Assembly: GCF_009914755.1 (NCBI RefSeq)
Contig: NC_060926.1
Direction: 5' to 3' (one strand)
DNA from: the human T2T-CHM13v2.0 reference genome, Homo sapiens
DNA length: 64,000 nucleotides
The notes under the pieces were generated by a model. It saw only the letters and a list, made by a program, of their open reading frames with translations, was not told the origin of the DNA and searched no databases. Shown here piece by piece: positions 1 through 12,780 of this stretch (its first letter is position 1; each line of letters starts with the position of its first letter). The position numbers and the translations under genes were made by a program.

Positions 1-480
1 AATAAAAGGAGTAAACTACTGATAAACCCAGCAACATGAATGAATCTCAAAAACATTATGCTGACTGAAGAAAGCCAGTTCCTCCCCCTCTTAAAAATGT
101 TTCATAATGACTCCTTTCATGGGAAACTCTAGGAAAAATAAATCCCATCTACAATGATAGAAAATAGATCAGTGGTCTAGCCCTGGTGGAAGTGGGACTG
201 AGAATATTTTGAGGTAATGGAGATGTGGTGGTGGTTACATGGGCATATGTGTGTGTCTAAACTCATCAAACTACATAGTTAAAATGTGTGCATTTTAAAT
301 GATAAAGGTTTGAGATTATGAATATGCTAATTACCCAGATCTAATCACCTGCTGTCCTCCCACTGTTCATCACACATATTCTCGATAAAGAAACTATTTT
401 TTTGTAAATAAATAAATAAATAATAAAACATGTGCATTTTATTATACCTAAATTAGACCTTAATACAGTTGATTTTTGAA
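1..480 (+). mobile_element. Ancient L1M 3' end fragment, interrupted by a small poly(A)-tailed insertion (298-424)
   Basis: Motifs GCAACATGAATGAATCTCAAAAACATTATGCTGA and AAACTCATCAAACTACATAGTTAAAA typical of L1MC/MD/ME 3' ends. Confidence 0.7.
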
Positions 481-2288
481 AAAGAAAGACTGGTTACTGA
501 TTAACTTAAGGGTAGAACATATAGACCTCTCAGTACTTTGGTAGAGCTTACAGTTGGGCTGGGAAGGACCTACATTCTAGCTGCATTAGGTACGCTTGAT
601 TTGCCCAATTGCATATGAGACATCTTGCCCTCTAATACCTTTTGTTATAGTCAAAGAATGTAGTCTTGAGGATCATTCACTATTGGGAAGATACATTACA
701 AGTCACTGCCACAGCTAAAGAGGAGACTCTCCTTTTTACCCCTAAAATCCTTTGTATTTGGCTATGGAGAAGACCATTAAACATAAGGAGACTTCACTTT
801 AAGGTGTCTCTGGAGCACAGATAAACTGGGGGATAAAATATAAGGAAACAAGTGCCCATAATAGATCCCAGATCACCACCAAAGCAAGGAAGTCTATGGC
901 ATCTGAGATAGAGAGAATAAGTGTGGTCTAAAATCCACGACTGCAAGTAGTGTTCAGGGATGAAATATGCCAAGTATAACTTTTGAGGTTGCAATATACA
1001 TGATAATGCCTTACAACAGTGTTTCCAAGGTTGGGACAAGTACTAGTGCTGGTACATGGAATTACTTTAAGAGTTTTTTTTCTGAGATGAATTGGGATGG
1101 CAAACAAACATGATATTACATAACACTGAATCATATTATGATTCCTTCTCTTATTCTCTTAGTTTTTTTGGATTTTGTAAGAAAAAGTCTCCTTTCCTGC
1201 TAATATGTCTTTTACACTTCTTCTCTCTTTTAAAAAAGAGAAAATGCAAAATACCTAACTGAAATGCAGGAGCATTGTTTGTTTGTTTACATAGTTATCT
1301 TCTATTTAGGGCAAGTACACTGGTTTTTAATTGGTGGTAGTGATATTATATTTTATAAAATAAATGTTTTTCAATTAAAAGGTGGTTAGTTTATTTAAAA
1401 AATAGGTAAAAAGTACTTTAGTGGTATACTGATATGATGACATATGAACACCTGAGATTGGATAACATTGCCTTAAAATGTTAATTTGTAAGGAAATATA
1501 TGTATCTCTGTTATAGATACATCTGTATTGATAATCATTAAATTATTGTTATATTAAAAATCTTAAAGAAATTCAATAGCAGGACTATTTTCACATCATA
1601 AACTAGTTTTAAATTCAGAATTACATGTCCCTTAATGTGTCCCAAAGTTTCAGATCCCAGGTTCCTGATAAAGGGCCAGATCAGGATTTTTAGCTTCTTA
1701 TAAATTGGGATAAAGCACTGTATAATATGACGAAAGGCAGAAATATATCTGAACAATGATGAAGGGTCGAATTCCATTCTGCCTCTATCTCTCTGGGGTG
1801 TGCTCTCACTTGAATGTGGGTAGATAAAGAAGATATGCAGAGGATATCCCTGAAAAAAAGATTCTGTCCCCAGAAAAGTTGGCAATCTGCTATTTTTAGT
1901 TATGCTCTTTTTCTTCTCAGTATGTATTTCAATGTCTTTTACACATGATCTTAGCCGAAAGGCCAAGAAGCAATCTCAATTTCTTTTTAAAAACTCCATA
2001 AAAATTTACATTTGACTTTAGGTTCATTAATCATTTCAAAAATACAATTCACGTGGACAAATTTCTTCAAAATTGTTACGTTATTGTCAATGTTTTGACA
2101 ATGATGTGCAATTTTTTAAAAACTCAACCTCAGCTAGACTCTAGAGAATTTTACCAGCCAAAATCAAAAAGAGAACTGTAAAACAGATTTTCCTATTTAA
2201 AGAAACATAAGACAGTTTGATTCCTACCATTCTTATAGTTTCCCAAGAGTAAAATTAAATTCGGAATGAACAAAGATAAACCCCTTAC
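1..2288 (-). other. ACVR1C: ACVR1C intron 2 (partial, runs off the window)
   Basis: Follows the exon 2 donor; no further receptor-like coding sequence seen. Confidence 0.88.
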
Positions 2289-2519
2289 CTGTTGGAAGGT
2301 GCAGTGTTATGTTGTTGCAAAAATCTGTGAAGCAGCATTCGGTTTTGGTAACATTGTTGGAACTATGACAGAAGACTTGAGCATTCAGTTCTGGAAGGGA
2401 GACACAGGATTTGATCACCTGCTCTTTTCCATTGGTTAGCATGACTGATGCCCAACATGCTCCTTCTGTTTGGCAGGTGAAGTTTGAAGAATCACACAAA
2501 AGACATACACACTTCAGTC
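2289..2519 (-). CDS. ACVR1C: ACVR1C exon 2 (231 nt; activin-receptor ectodomain [15 protein letters not shown]...[18 protein letters not shown])
   Basis: Acceptor TTACTCTTTCCAG|GA (AG at 2521-2520), donor ACAG|GTAAGG (GT at 2288-2287). Ten cysteines with the CCx4CN box of type I TGF-beta receptors; sequons NFT, NVT, NIT; phase 1-1 exon. Confidence 0.97.
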
Positions 2520-3336
2520 CTGGAAAGAGTAAGGCAAAAAGATTTAAAATACAAAAGACATCATGCTACTTTATTTGATAATACCTGGGAATATAAATTC
2601 AATCTTAATGAAAATGGAAAAAGGGTTTAAATAAAAACACTTGCTAAACACATGCTAAGCAATTACTCCCTCTCCATCATATATTTCACTAAACATCCTG
2701 TCCAATTATCATTTACTTTTGCTAATATTTTTGTGATTTATTCCAGTTGCTACTATATTTAAAGCATTTGCCTCATCCATGCTCTAAATACCCCCATATT
2801 AAGTTCAACCAGCTCATTCCTAAATCAATAGCTCCTAGGAAATGCTAGGAAACAGTATCACAGCAACCAAGGGGAGCTGTCCAGCAATACTCATAGAACA
2901 TTAAAGTGGGGTTATGGCAGCTGTGTAACCAAACAATTCAGTGTGTTCTGTTCATTTGCCCTCCTTCCTTTAAACTTTTAAGCAAATGTGCTAAACGCAA
3001 AGCTAACCATAGATATTTATGTCTCTAAAAAAATAGTTGTGACACTTTATATTTATTTTCTGTGACACTTTAACACAATTGTTATTGTCGTAGTTCCTTT
3101 GAGGCATTGGTGAGCCACTATATTTCCCCTCCTCACTAAAGAACGTATACTAGAATGAATCATTTGAACAGACACCATGACCTTCAGGTAATTTTCTTTA
3201 ATGCACACATCTAGTCCATAAAGTAAGGCAAATCAATAATAGAATTTAGAATATCTATACCAATACAACTGTGAAAAATTACACTTTGTTAAACTAATCT
3301 GTTCACTGTCTACACCTCCCCAACATTCTCCACTTA

Positions 3337-3338
<2 letters not shown>

Positions 3339-3369
<31 letters not shown>
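3339..3369. repeat. (AC)n microsatellite
   Basis: About 15 AC units. Confidence 0.95.
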
Positions 3370-3375
<6 letters not shown>

Positions 3376-3531
3376 TTCACCACTAACTCACATGTCCAAA
3401 GTGGTGCCTATTTATGTTTTGATGTAAAACATTCGTCAGCATGAAGCGCCTAGTGGTTGAGTTATTTATTCAAATTTCATTTAAATATATTGTTTCTAAA
3501 TAGTATAATACTAAATAAGCTTTGTATTATT

Positions 3532-3948
3532 GTTTTAAAATTCTTTAAATTTCAATAGCTTTAGGAGTACAAGTTGTTTTGGGTTACATGGGTGAACTGT
3601 ATAATGGTGAAGTCTCAGCTTTCAGTGTACCCATCACCCAAATGGTGTACATTGTACTCAATAGATAATTTTTCATTCCTAACCTCCCTCCCACCCTCCC
3701 CCACCTCCTGAGTCTCCAATATCCTTTACGTCTCTCTGTATGCCTTTGCATACTCATAGCTTAGCTCCCTTTTATTAGTGAAGACATGCAGTATTTTATT
3801 TTCTGTTTTCGAGTTACTTCACTTAGGATAATGGCCTCCAGTTCCATCAGAAGTCGCTGCAAGAGACTATTTCATTCTTTTTTATGGCTGAGTTGTATTC
3901 TATGATATATATGCCACACATATATACACAAATACATACACAAACACA

Positions 3949-3994
<46 letters not shown>

Positions 3995-5288
3995 GTGTGT
4001 GTGTATATATATATATGTACATGCTCATACACACACACCACATTTTGTATTCATTTTTTGTATTCATTTATCGGTTGATGGGCACTTAAATTGATGCCAT
4101 ATCTTTGCAATTGTGAACTGTGCTGAAATAAACATACACCTGCAGGTATCTTTTTGACACCCAATTGTGGGATTGCTGGATCAAATGGTAGTTCCATATT
4201 TAGTTCTTTGAGAACTCTCCATACTGTTTTCCATAGACACTGTAATAATTTAAGTTCCCATCAGCAGGGTATAAGCATTTGCTTTTCACCATATCCACAC
4301 CAAACATCTATTGTTTTTTGACTTTTTAATGGTGACTATTCTGGCTGGGGTAAGCTGGTATCACACTGTGATTTTAATTTGCATTTCCCTGCTGATTAGT
4401 GATGTTGAACATTTTTTCACATATTTGTTAGCCATTTGTATGTCTTCTTTTGAGAAGTGTTTGTTCGTGTCATTTGCCCACTTTTTAATGGGATTATTTG
4501 CTTTTCTCTTGCTGATTCTCTTGAGTTCCTTGTAGATTCTGGATATATCCTTTTTTGGATGTATACTTTGCAAATATTTTCTCCCATTCTGTAGGTTATC
4601 TGTTTATTCTGTTAATTATTTCTTTGGTTGTGCAGAGATATAGATGACACAAACAAATGGAAAAACATCCCATGCTCATAGATTGGAAGAATCAATATTG
4701 TGAAAATGACCATGCTGCTCAAAGCAATCTACAGATTCAGTGCAATTCCTATCAAAATACAACATTTTTCACAGAATTAGAAAAAATATCCTAAAATTTT
4801 TATGGAATCAAAAAAGAATCTGAATAGCCAAAGTAATCCTAAGCAAAAAGCACAAATCTGGAGGCATCACATTACCCAACTTCAAATTATACTATAAATA
4901 TAGGGCTACAGTAACCAAAACGGCATGGTACTGGTATAAAAGTAGACACATAGACCAATGAAACAGATTAGAGAATCCAGAAATAAAGCTACATACTTAC
5001 AACCAACTGATCTCCGACAAAGCACACAAAAACTGACACTGGGGAAAGGATACTCTATTCAATAAATGGTTCTTGGAAAAGTGGATAGCTACACATAGAA
5101 AAATGAAACTGGATCCCCCTCTCACATTATACAAAAATCAACTCAAGAGGAATTAAAGACTTAACTCAAAGCCCTAAAACCAGAAAAATTCTAGAAGAAA
5201 ACCTACAAACTATTCTCAACATTCTCTAGGTAAAAAATTTATGACTAAGACCCCAAAAGCAAATGCAACAAAAACAAAAATAAATAAA
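3532..5288 (-). mobile_element. 5'-truncated, 5'-inverted L1 (L1PB-like): minus segment ~3532-4636, plus segment ~4639-5288
   Basis: L1 3'UTR and ORF2 C-terminus on minus (ORF 4361-4573 ...[24 protein letters not shown]), then plus-strand ORF2. TSD TGTATTATT at 3523-3531 and 5289-5297. Confidence 0.85.
3951..3992. repeat. (AT)n microsatellite within L1
   Basis: About 21 pure AT units flanked by degenerate CA/TG/TA runs. Confidence 0.95.
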
Positions 5289-5959
5289 TGTATTATTAAT
5301 GTAATGAACTTTTCGTTAAATCACAACTGCCCTCCCATAACTATCTAAATGTTCAACTTTTTACCATATAATCTTTGTTAGTAAAACTAAAGTCTTTAAA
5401 TTGCTAATCACTCAAATTGGAGTTGCTTTTGTAGTACTTATAAAATATTTGATACACAAATGACAACTTTTACTTAACTTCAAATACCGATATGGGAGCA
5501 AAAATGGGTACTATTCCTATATAACTGAATATTTAAGAAAGAACAAATTCTATATCAATCATATAGAAATTATTCTCTTCTATCAATAATTTTTCTTAAC
5601 TGATGAAGCATCATTTCTAGAAACATTTTTATTACTGGTATCCTAAGGGAAATACAATCCTAAAATAAAATACTGTTTTGTTATCAACATTGAACCAAGC
5701 ATAACAGCTCACTTTCCTATTTATTCTAGTGGTGACCAACATTAATAAATATACTTTTTCATCAATATTTATGTGATACAGAAGAACCATATATTCTAAC
5801 TTGATTGGGATTCTATAGAGCCATATAGATAAAATCTAGTGCTTTAGAACATGTTTCAAGGCACTTTCCTTGCAAAAAGAGAAGTCATATCATGGGCAAG
5901 CATTCATCTAGGTTTCTACTGACAATGAAATCTTTCTAGTATTCTCCAGTTCCAATCTT

Positions 5960-6130
5960 ACAAATCTGATTATACTAGCTTTGTAATCTTAGGCATTACT
6001 TTGTCTCCTGTACCTCCATTTTCTTATATGAAAGGCAGGACTAATAATAATATATCTCCTCATAGTGTTGTGGAGAATAAATTAGTTAACCTATATAAAG
6101 CCCTTAGACCAATGTCTGGCACATAGGAAA
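5960..6130 (+). mobile_element. MIR SINE
   Basis: MIR core-like CCTCCATTTTCTTATATGAAA and 3' end ...GTCTGGCACATAG. Confidence 0.7.
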
Positions 6131-6429
6131 TACTATATAAAGACTTAGGGACTATCTCTCCTACTACCGAAGCGGGTAAAGTCAGTTGTCTTATGCAAAC
6201 AAGCGAAACAATCAAAATATATTTGTAATCCATAAAGGAATAGCCAAATGAACTAGGGTGCAGAGACCATTTAAAAGGCATAATAAAGAAATGCATCTCT
6301 TTCCGCTCTGTCAAGAGTGATTTGACTGCTCTCCTTTTTTTAATGACCCAGACTAGATTCTAGACGGTCACACAGCAGGTAGTATCTGGTGATGGTCCAG
6401 CCAAAGAATTTGGGAAAAGACAAAGGTCT

Positions 6430-6525
6430 CAGCCCTCACTCTGTCACTAACTTGCTGATTGACTTTGGAGAAGACATTTAACCTTACAGAGCCTCAGTGT
6501 TGTCCTCTGAAAATAGAAAATGAAC
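6430..6525 (+). mobile_element. MIR fragment
   Basis: TGACTTTGGAGAAGACATTTAACCTTACAGAGCCTCAGT core. Confidence 0.6.
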
Positions 6526-6889
6526 AGCATAGGGAAAGTGGGTCCAAAAATCTTAAACTCTTACATAACACCAATATTTTATGACCCTACTTATTTACAC
6601 CTTATGGAAATCTACAATTACAAAATAGGAAAACTCATTTAATGTTAAGAAACTTGCTGCACTATGGTTATTCTTCACTTGCATATTTTAAGGGGCTAAA
6701 GGCAGGAAAAAGAGTAACTCTTCTGACACACAATCTCAAACCATTTGTCACTAGACATTTCATCAGAATCTCCTTGGACGCTCTATTTCCAAGAAAAGCT
6801 TAGCAACTGACACAACTAACTAAGGAATATGAATCCACAGAGTGAAGACAATCATAAAGCACTCAACAATTAAATATATGTTAGTTTCA

Positions 6890-7030
6890 CATGCATTCGT
6901 CATCTCATATAATCCCACTGCAACTGTGGGAGTTAGTTGTCACTATCTCCATTTCATACATAACAAAATGAGGCTCAAAAAGACAAAGTGACTGACTTAC
7001 GTAACAGTCTCTGGACTACTCAAGCAATGG
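6890..7030 (-). mobile_element. MIR fragment
   Basis: ATCTCCATTTCATACATAACAAAATGAGGCTCA, reverse MIR core. Confidence 0.6.
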
Positions 7031-8196
7031 TACCTTTCATGACTAAGGTGCCATAAAGAAATGGGTAGGTGAACAATTCTCCCACCCCACAAATTTCTAG
7101 CAATTGTGAATAAAATAGAATTCTAATACAGCAGAAAGAAGCTGATAACTAATTAACAATTGAAAACTAGGATTCTGATCTGTATTATTCTAATAGCCTT
7201 TAAAACACAGTTGGTATTTTTGAAACAAATTCTACCTACCTATTTTCTGAGGGGACATGCAGTCAAATAAAATTCAATATCATGTGCCTTGCATCTAAAA
7301 TAAACAATCTCACCTTACAGCTTTATCTAAATTCTGTATTAAGTAAGGCTCTGAGTACATAATCTGATACTTTCTCTTTGAAGCACTACTGGCTCCTTAT
7401 AAAAATGATTACATAATAGTTCTTACCAAGGATTTATGCGGATACTCACTGAATGTTTCACAAGCTATAAAAATTTATCCTGGTTAAAAGTAAAAGTTAC
7501 AAATCTTAAGAATAATATAGACATAGGTGATATAGTTAAGACAGAAAGTGACACCTTACTTTAAATCTTGCACGATGAAAAACACTGGCAAAATTGAGGA
7601 TTTGTTAATGATAATGGCTTCAAACATCTGCTACATGTTCCCATTTATTCCAGTTCAACTGGCAGTATGATAGGACTGACAGCGAACAAACAGCAAACTA
7701 AATAGGACCTAAGATGAATAAGTAACATACGACATACTCAGCCTCTCATATTTCATTTCCCACCAGTCCACTATATCACTGCATTTGACATATAATTCAA
7801 CTATATTTATATTAATCATCCTCAACATAGAACCTTTGTGCTGCCAATTACAATATAAGTTGCCATTAGTGATTAGACATGATTTCATATTTTGTCTCTT
7901 TCAAAAAAAACTGATGTTCATTGAGTCAATTATACTACAATATTCTGTGACAGAACAAATCTGGTTGTTAGTAGGCAGTAGTCTTGTCTCATGTTTATTT
8001 TATACTTTCCCATTACAATGTATTTGAGTCCTATGGAAAGGGACAGCAAATGAGGTTGAAGAAGGAAAACAATTACCCATAATAAGGAGGTTTATTAGAT
8101 TTTTCACCACAAGGAAGATTGTACTTTGCTTTTGTCTCCTCCTACCCCTTTAATTATCCCCTTTTATCCACTCTTTGCCAATTCGTCTCTAAAAGG

Positions 8197-8234
8197 CAAG
8201 ACATCTGTTACCCACAAGACATCTGTTACCCACA
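8197..8234. repeat. Perfect 18-bp tandem duplication (CAAGACATCTGTTACCCA x2)
   Basis: Copies at 8197-8214 and 8215-8232 plus CA. Confidence 0.95.
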
Positions 8235-9319
8235 TCAACTAAAGGATGTGCACATTCCTAACCAACCAGAAAATAAATATTCATCCATATTTACATGTGA
8301 TGGCTAGCACACCCTGGTGTCCAGAAATATAAAAACCATCTGACTACAAAAAAGAACCAAATTTGTTGATCCGCATTTATGTGCTATTCTTATTAGAAAG
8401 CCAAATATTTATTTGGCAAATATTAGGTGTTTTGAATTAGACAGTATTCTCAATATGTTGGTTACATATTACTACGTTTCCTTTGTTTGGAGTCTATATG
8501 CTAAAATTAACCAGTGCTTAACATAAACATCTGACATAAACTCTTTCTTCTTTTCCAGACATTAGTTTATTCAATTTCTCTAGTTTTAGACCAGGCTATG
8601 AAACACAAAATATTTTTTTAATTCAGAAAACTGTCTCAGATTTGACCTGCTGAATATGTAATCTTTTCATCATTTGCAGGCTTCTGAGTTAACAAAGGGA
8701 ACAATTCAAGCTTTTCAGTGTGCTGAATATGAAAAGTACAGCAGCAGGAAAGAAGCCAGGAAAACTAGCACTAGCAAATCTGAAGGAAAGCCAGACAGGG
8801 TCAAAGGAAATCGGGCAAAGATCTAGCTTCCTTTTCTATTCCTTGTCAAAATTTTATTTTCTTGTCATGTGGTCATTTCAAAGCATTTGCCTTTCTTAAC
8901 AGTAAGGAAAAACAGAAAAAAGAAAGAAAGAAAGTAGCATTAATAAAATATGGGCAATATAAATGCAAACTTTTTTGGCCAAATGAGCTTTCAATAAAGA
9001 TTCAGCTGGTAGAAATACTACTTCTCAGGCTGCAACCAAAAAAATTCAGAACTCCACAAATAAGGGAAAACATCCATCACAAAGAAAAACTGTTCCTTTG
9101 CACAAAGTAGCAATTACGTTCCCTGTTAAAGAAGGCCTCACCCTTAGAGCTGAGAAGGAATGAAACCACCCTACCAACAGAGATTCTGTCCAGGAGAACT
9201 GCTTAAACTTCCAGCTGTAGGGCTCAATTTAGTTAGAATTCAGCATATTGTAAATTATTAGTACTAACCATTTGGAATTTTCTCAGTCCAAAGGCAACAC
9301 TGACTGACACTGGAGGTTT

Positions 9320-9465
9320 TAGTTCACCTGACCACCAGCCACCTGAGACTTTAGACATGTTCCCCAATCTCTCCAGATCTTATCTTCCTCACCTGTAAAA
9401 TGAGGAGGTCAAGAAGCAGGCTAGAAGACTTCTAAAGACCCCTCCAGGTCTATAGTCCTCTGCTA
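9320..9465 (+). mobile_element. MIR3-like SINE
   Basis: TTCCTCACCTGTAAAATGAGGAG...CTAAAGACCCCTCCAGGTCTA. Confidence 0.6.
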
Positions 9466-10734
9466 CTCTGAACTTGTGTCACAATTCTCAATATAAGTGA
9501 CTTAAGGATTACCTATGATAGATGAAAAGAGAGAATTGGTGTTGGGTATGTGAACAGGATAGGTCTGTGCCCCCAAATTCACACCCTGCTATTTCAGTGG
9601 GTGAGAGAATTCTACTGGTTTATAAATCAACAAAACATCTCTAATTAATATTAAAAATTGTTTATCCTGTACTATATGTATTACATGATAATTGAATGTT
9701 CTTTCCAATATCAGCATGAAATTTGGGGGCGATGGGGGAAAAGTGATAGAGGCCTGAAAATGTTCATAGCCTCTCTGAGTTATGTGAGACATCCAGAGAC
9801 TGTTGATGAGTCCCTCAATCTTAGTGTCCACAGGATTACAGAAATAGTATGCAAGACCAAAAGCGACTCAAAATAGCACCACACTTCAGCAATCTGAATA
9901 GTCTACATTCTACTAAGTAGATATTAAAATGTTTCCCAATAATATTTCAATGGCTGACAGCAATTAGAGCTTAAAACTGGCTAGAAGAGTGTTATTTATT
10001 TACTTACTGCCTCAAAATTTTGAATACATATGGAAAGGACACGTATGATGGCACAATGTCATAAAGCTTTTAGTGCAATTTAAAAACTTAACAGGAAAAT
10101 TTCTCAGTTTAGCATTTCTGCTTATCAGCGTGGTGATTAACTGAAATTTTCACCTTTCAAAGAAAGCTTTTTCCAGAAATACCATGAATAACCTTAGCTG
10201 CTAAGCTCCTCCAGTGTGGGACAATTATTAATCAACCATAAAGGGATACAACATAATCAAAATGGTTCACGACAAAATTATTTGTGTGGATTCTCTTAAA
10301 ACATCCCTTTGAAAGGATGAAAATGCAGGATTCTTAGATAGGAAGATGGCAGTCTTCTCCTTCCTGCCTTTGGAAGGCAAGGCATGAGTGGGCAACAGGC
10401 TAGCAGGGGTAGCAGTTGGTGATAACCGCTCTTGGGTACATAGCAGTGTCTCCAAGGCTGAATCTTTGTTTCCTTAGGGAGGATACAGACTACCTGGAGT
10501 CCTCTGGCCCAGTTTAGACTTTGCAGCCATGTAGGGGGAAAAAACAGACCCTATTTGAAGTGTCAAAGAAAAGAGTATTCCCAATCACAGGACACATTTC
10601 CTCTGCTAATCACATATAATCCTTAATTTGAAAGGTTATTTTCTTACCCTGGCAGCCTAAATGGTTCCACATCAAACTGTTCCCCAGTAATTGGGGTTTC
10701 TTAATCTATTGTCTCCTGCTTAGGAGAATATTGG

Positions 10735-11210
10735 TGTTTAATGGATTCCAATTACATTTAGAATAAAGCAAAATCCACAATCATTATCATGACCTGATAG
10801 GCTAATAGTCTGGGTTCTTCCCACTCCTCCAACCTCATCTCTCATAACTCAGCCTTCCGGAGCACTGGTCTCCTTTTCACAGCTGTGATATAACAAGTTT
10901 CCCACCTCATGGCCTTTGCTCTTCTTGTTCCCTTTGCCTGTAGTATTCTCCCCTTTCTTCTCATTCTCCAGGTCTCAGCTCAAATGTCACCCCCTCAGAG
11001 AAATCTTCAGTGACTCCCCTTGCTCAAGGATCTGCTCCCCATCCTTCCTGCTATGTATCACAATCTGTAATTCGCTTTTTAATTGTATTAGACCCACTAG
11101 AATGAAAACTTCATGAGGGCAGGGCCCTTCTCCTGTTTTATCTACCATCACATCCCAACGTTTAGAATAGGGTCTGTCAGTGCGGTAAAATCCAATAAAG
11201 ATGTACTGAA
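10735..11210 (+). mobile_element. L2 LINE 3' end
   Basis: TCTCAGCTCAAATGTCACC, CCCACTAGAATGAAAACTTCATGAGGGCAGG and 3' CAATAAAGATGTACTGAA. Confidence 0.75.
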
Positions 11211-12099
11211 TTACAAATTGTAGAAAACTGCAAAGTACAGAAGAAATTTTTGTCCATGCTATTTATCTCTTGGATGAATTTTAAAGTTTCTTCTCAATTT
11301 GAAAGAGGTTTTTATAAAGATATAGAATAGAACAGAATAGAATAGAAATAGATATAGAAATCCTTTGTCATATGTGTTACATATAGCTTTTCCCACTTTC
11401 ATATTTATTTGCTTTTTTCCTAACACATTACCTTCATTATTTGGGGGGTGGGGGGCAGAACGATACTTGCCCCTTGACAAAAAGAAGTCAAGTAATACAC
11501 ATAAAGAAGGAAGTAAAATAAAATACATCACTCCTAATCCCATAACCCCCGAACCACTAATGTATACAACTTCTCCAAATATTACTCCGTGGAGTTTTAC
11601 ACTAGATATGCATAGTGATGTTCTCATTAAAATCCAATAACATGATAGACATAAACTGTGTCTATCAATATTTTACTCTGCAATTTATTTTGCTTTAAAG
11701 CTTAGAAAATCTCCCATCCAGATATTTTCTAAATAGTCAATATTTTCTTCCAATTTATGATTTGTTTTTTAGACACTTAAATATATATGCAATTTTGATA
11801 TGGATCATCCAATTCATAGCTAATATACAAATCTCCTTGACAGTAGTAAATGAATTACTTTATGGCAAGTCTTTAGATAAGTTTTTAAGATCATTATTTA
11901 AAGAGTACTTTACTACATGCCAAACTCTTTGGCAAAGAGTCAAGGCAGGGAGGGAGGGAGAGAGGAGAGAGAAAAGACATGCACTAAAGGAACTTGGCCT
12001 TGTAGGTTAAAGGATGTTAGGACAGTGTGGTAAACTGAGTCAGGGACACATGTAGGAGCTGTGAGCTGCGTTGGGACACAGAGGTGGAGCACTACTGAA

Positions 12100-12780
12100 T
12101 CCGGCTGGGGCTGCGGGTAAGGGACGGGGCAGGGGCGGGAAGGTTTCTTGGAGGTGAATCTTGAGAAGCACACCTGTTCAGCCTTCCTGCCGTTCGGAGG
12201 ACGAGTCCCAGCCCATCCTCTCAGTAGTCCTCCAAGACGGTCCAGACAGCACCCACCAGCCTGAGGAAACCGCGGCAGTCCTCCCTCACCAGGCAGTGTG
12301 GAAATACCTCCTGCTGCGACGCGGCCCTGCATGTGCATTAACCTGCCCCCACTTTGTCAACGGGTTTGGTAACACTCACTGCCCTGATGGAACTCCATTC
12401 CCGGTCCCCAGCGCGCTCCCCACCCCAAAAAGGACCTTGGCACCCCGGCCCGCCCCCGGGGAGCTCCCCTTGCCTGGACTTGCAGGTTGGAGCTCGGAGC
12501 CCTCCCCCAGAGCAGCGGCCAGGAGCTTCCGCCTCCCCTTCGCCTGATGAATTTGCGAAGGGACACCCTGCGGTCGCCGGGATGCCCCAGCTTTCCGCTG
12601 GACCTTGGCGCAGTGAATTCGGCCCCGACGACAGCTCCCGCGGGGCTCGGCCACCTGCCCGACGGCAGCGCAACCCCCAGGAGACGTTCTCCGACGGCTT
12701 CCCGGCGCACCCGGGTACCATCTAGTGGCAGCAGAAGCAGGAGGCAGGCTATTTTTTACAGAATGACCTCCACTCCGGAT
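12100..12780. promoter_or_regulatory. ACVR1C: Intronic CpG island; probable internal promoter / alternative first exon of ACVR1C
   Basis: Non-repetitive CpG-dense block in an AT-rich intron, GC box ~12447-12457, minus-strand donor-like motifs. An N-terminally truncated ALK7 isoform lacking the first 50 aa is known, and Met51 is at 2442-2440. Confidence 0.75.
12715..12730 (-). promoter_or_regulatory. CTCF-like motif
   Basis: Minus strand TGCCACTAGATGGTAC, close to the CTCF core CCAC(C/T)AG(A/G)(G/T)GGC(A/G)C. Confidence 0.65.

Noticed and set aside
1538-1966. 142-aa minus-strand ORF in intron 2 as a possible exon 3
   Set aside because: No similarity to the expected transmembrane/GS/kinase sequence; non-ATG start; random composition.
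2233-2499. ORF-track 88-aa protein starting MCDSS and ending ...GKL
   Set aside because: This is exon 2 read from an internal TTG and running into intron 2; not a standalone gene.
11259-11640. Antiparallel 122-aa and 91-aa ORFs
   Set aside because: Low-complexity AT-rich sequence including an (ATAGA)n run; no recognisable protein.
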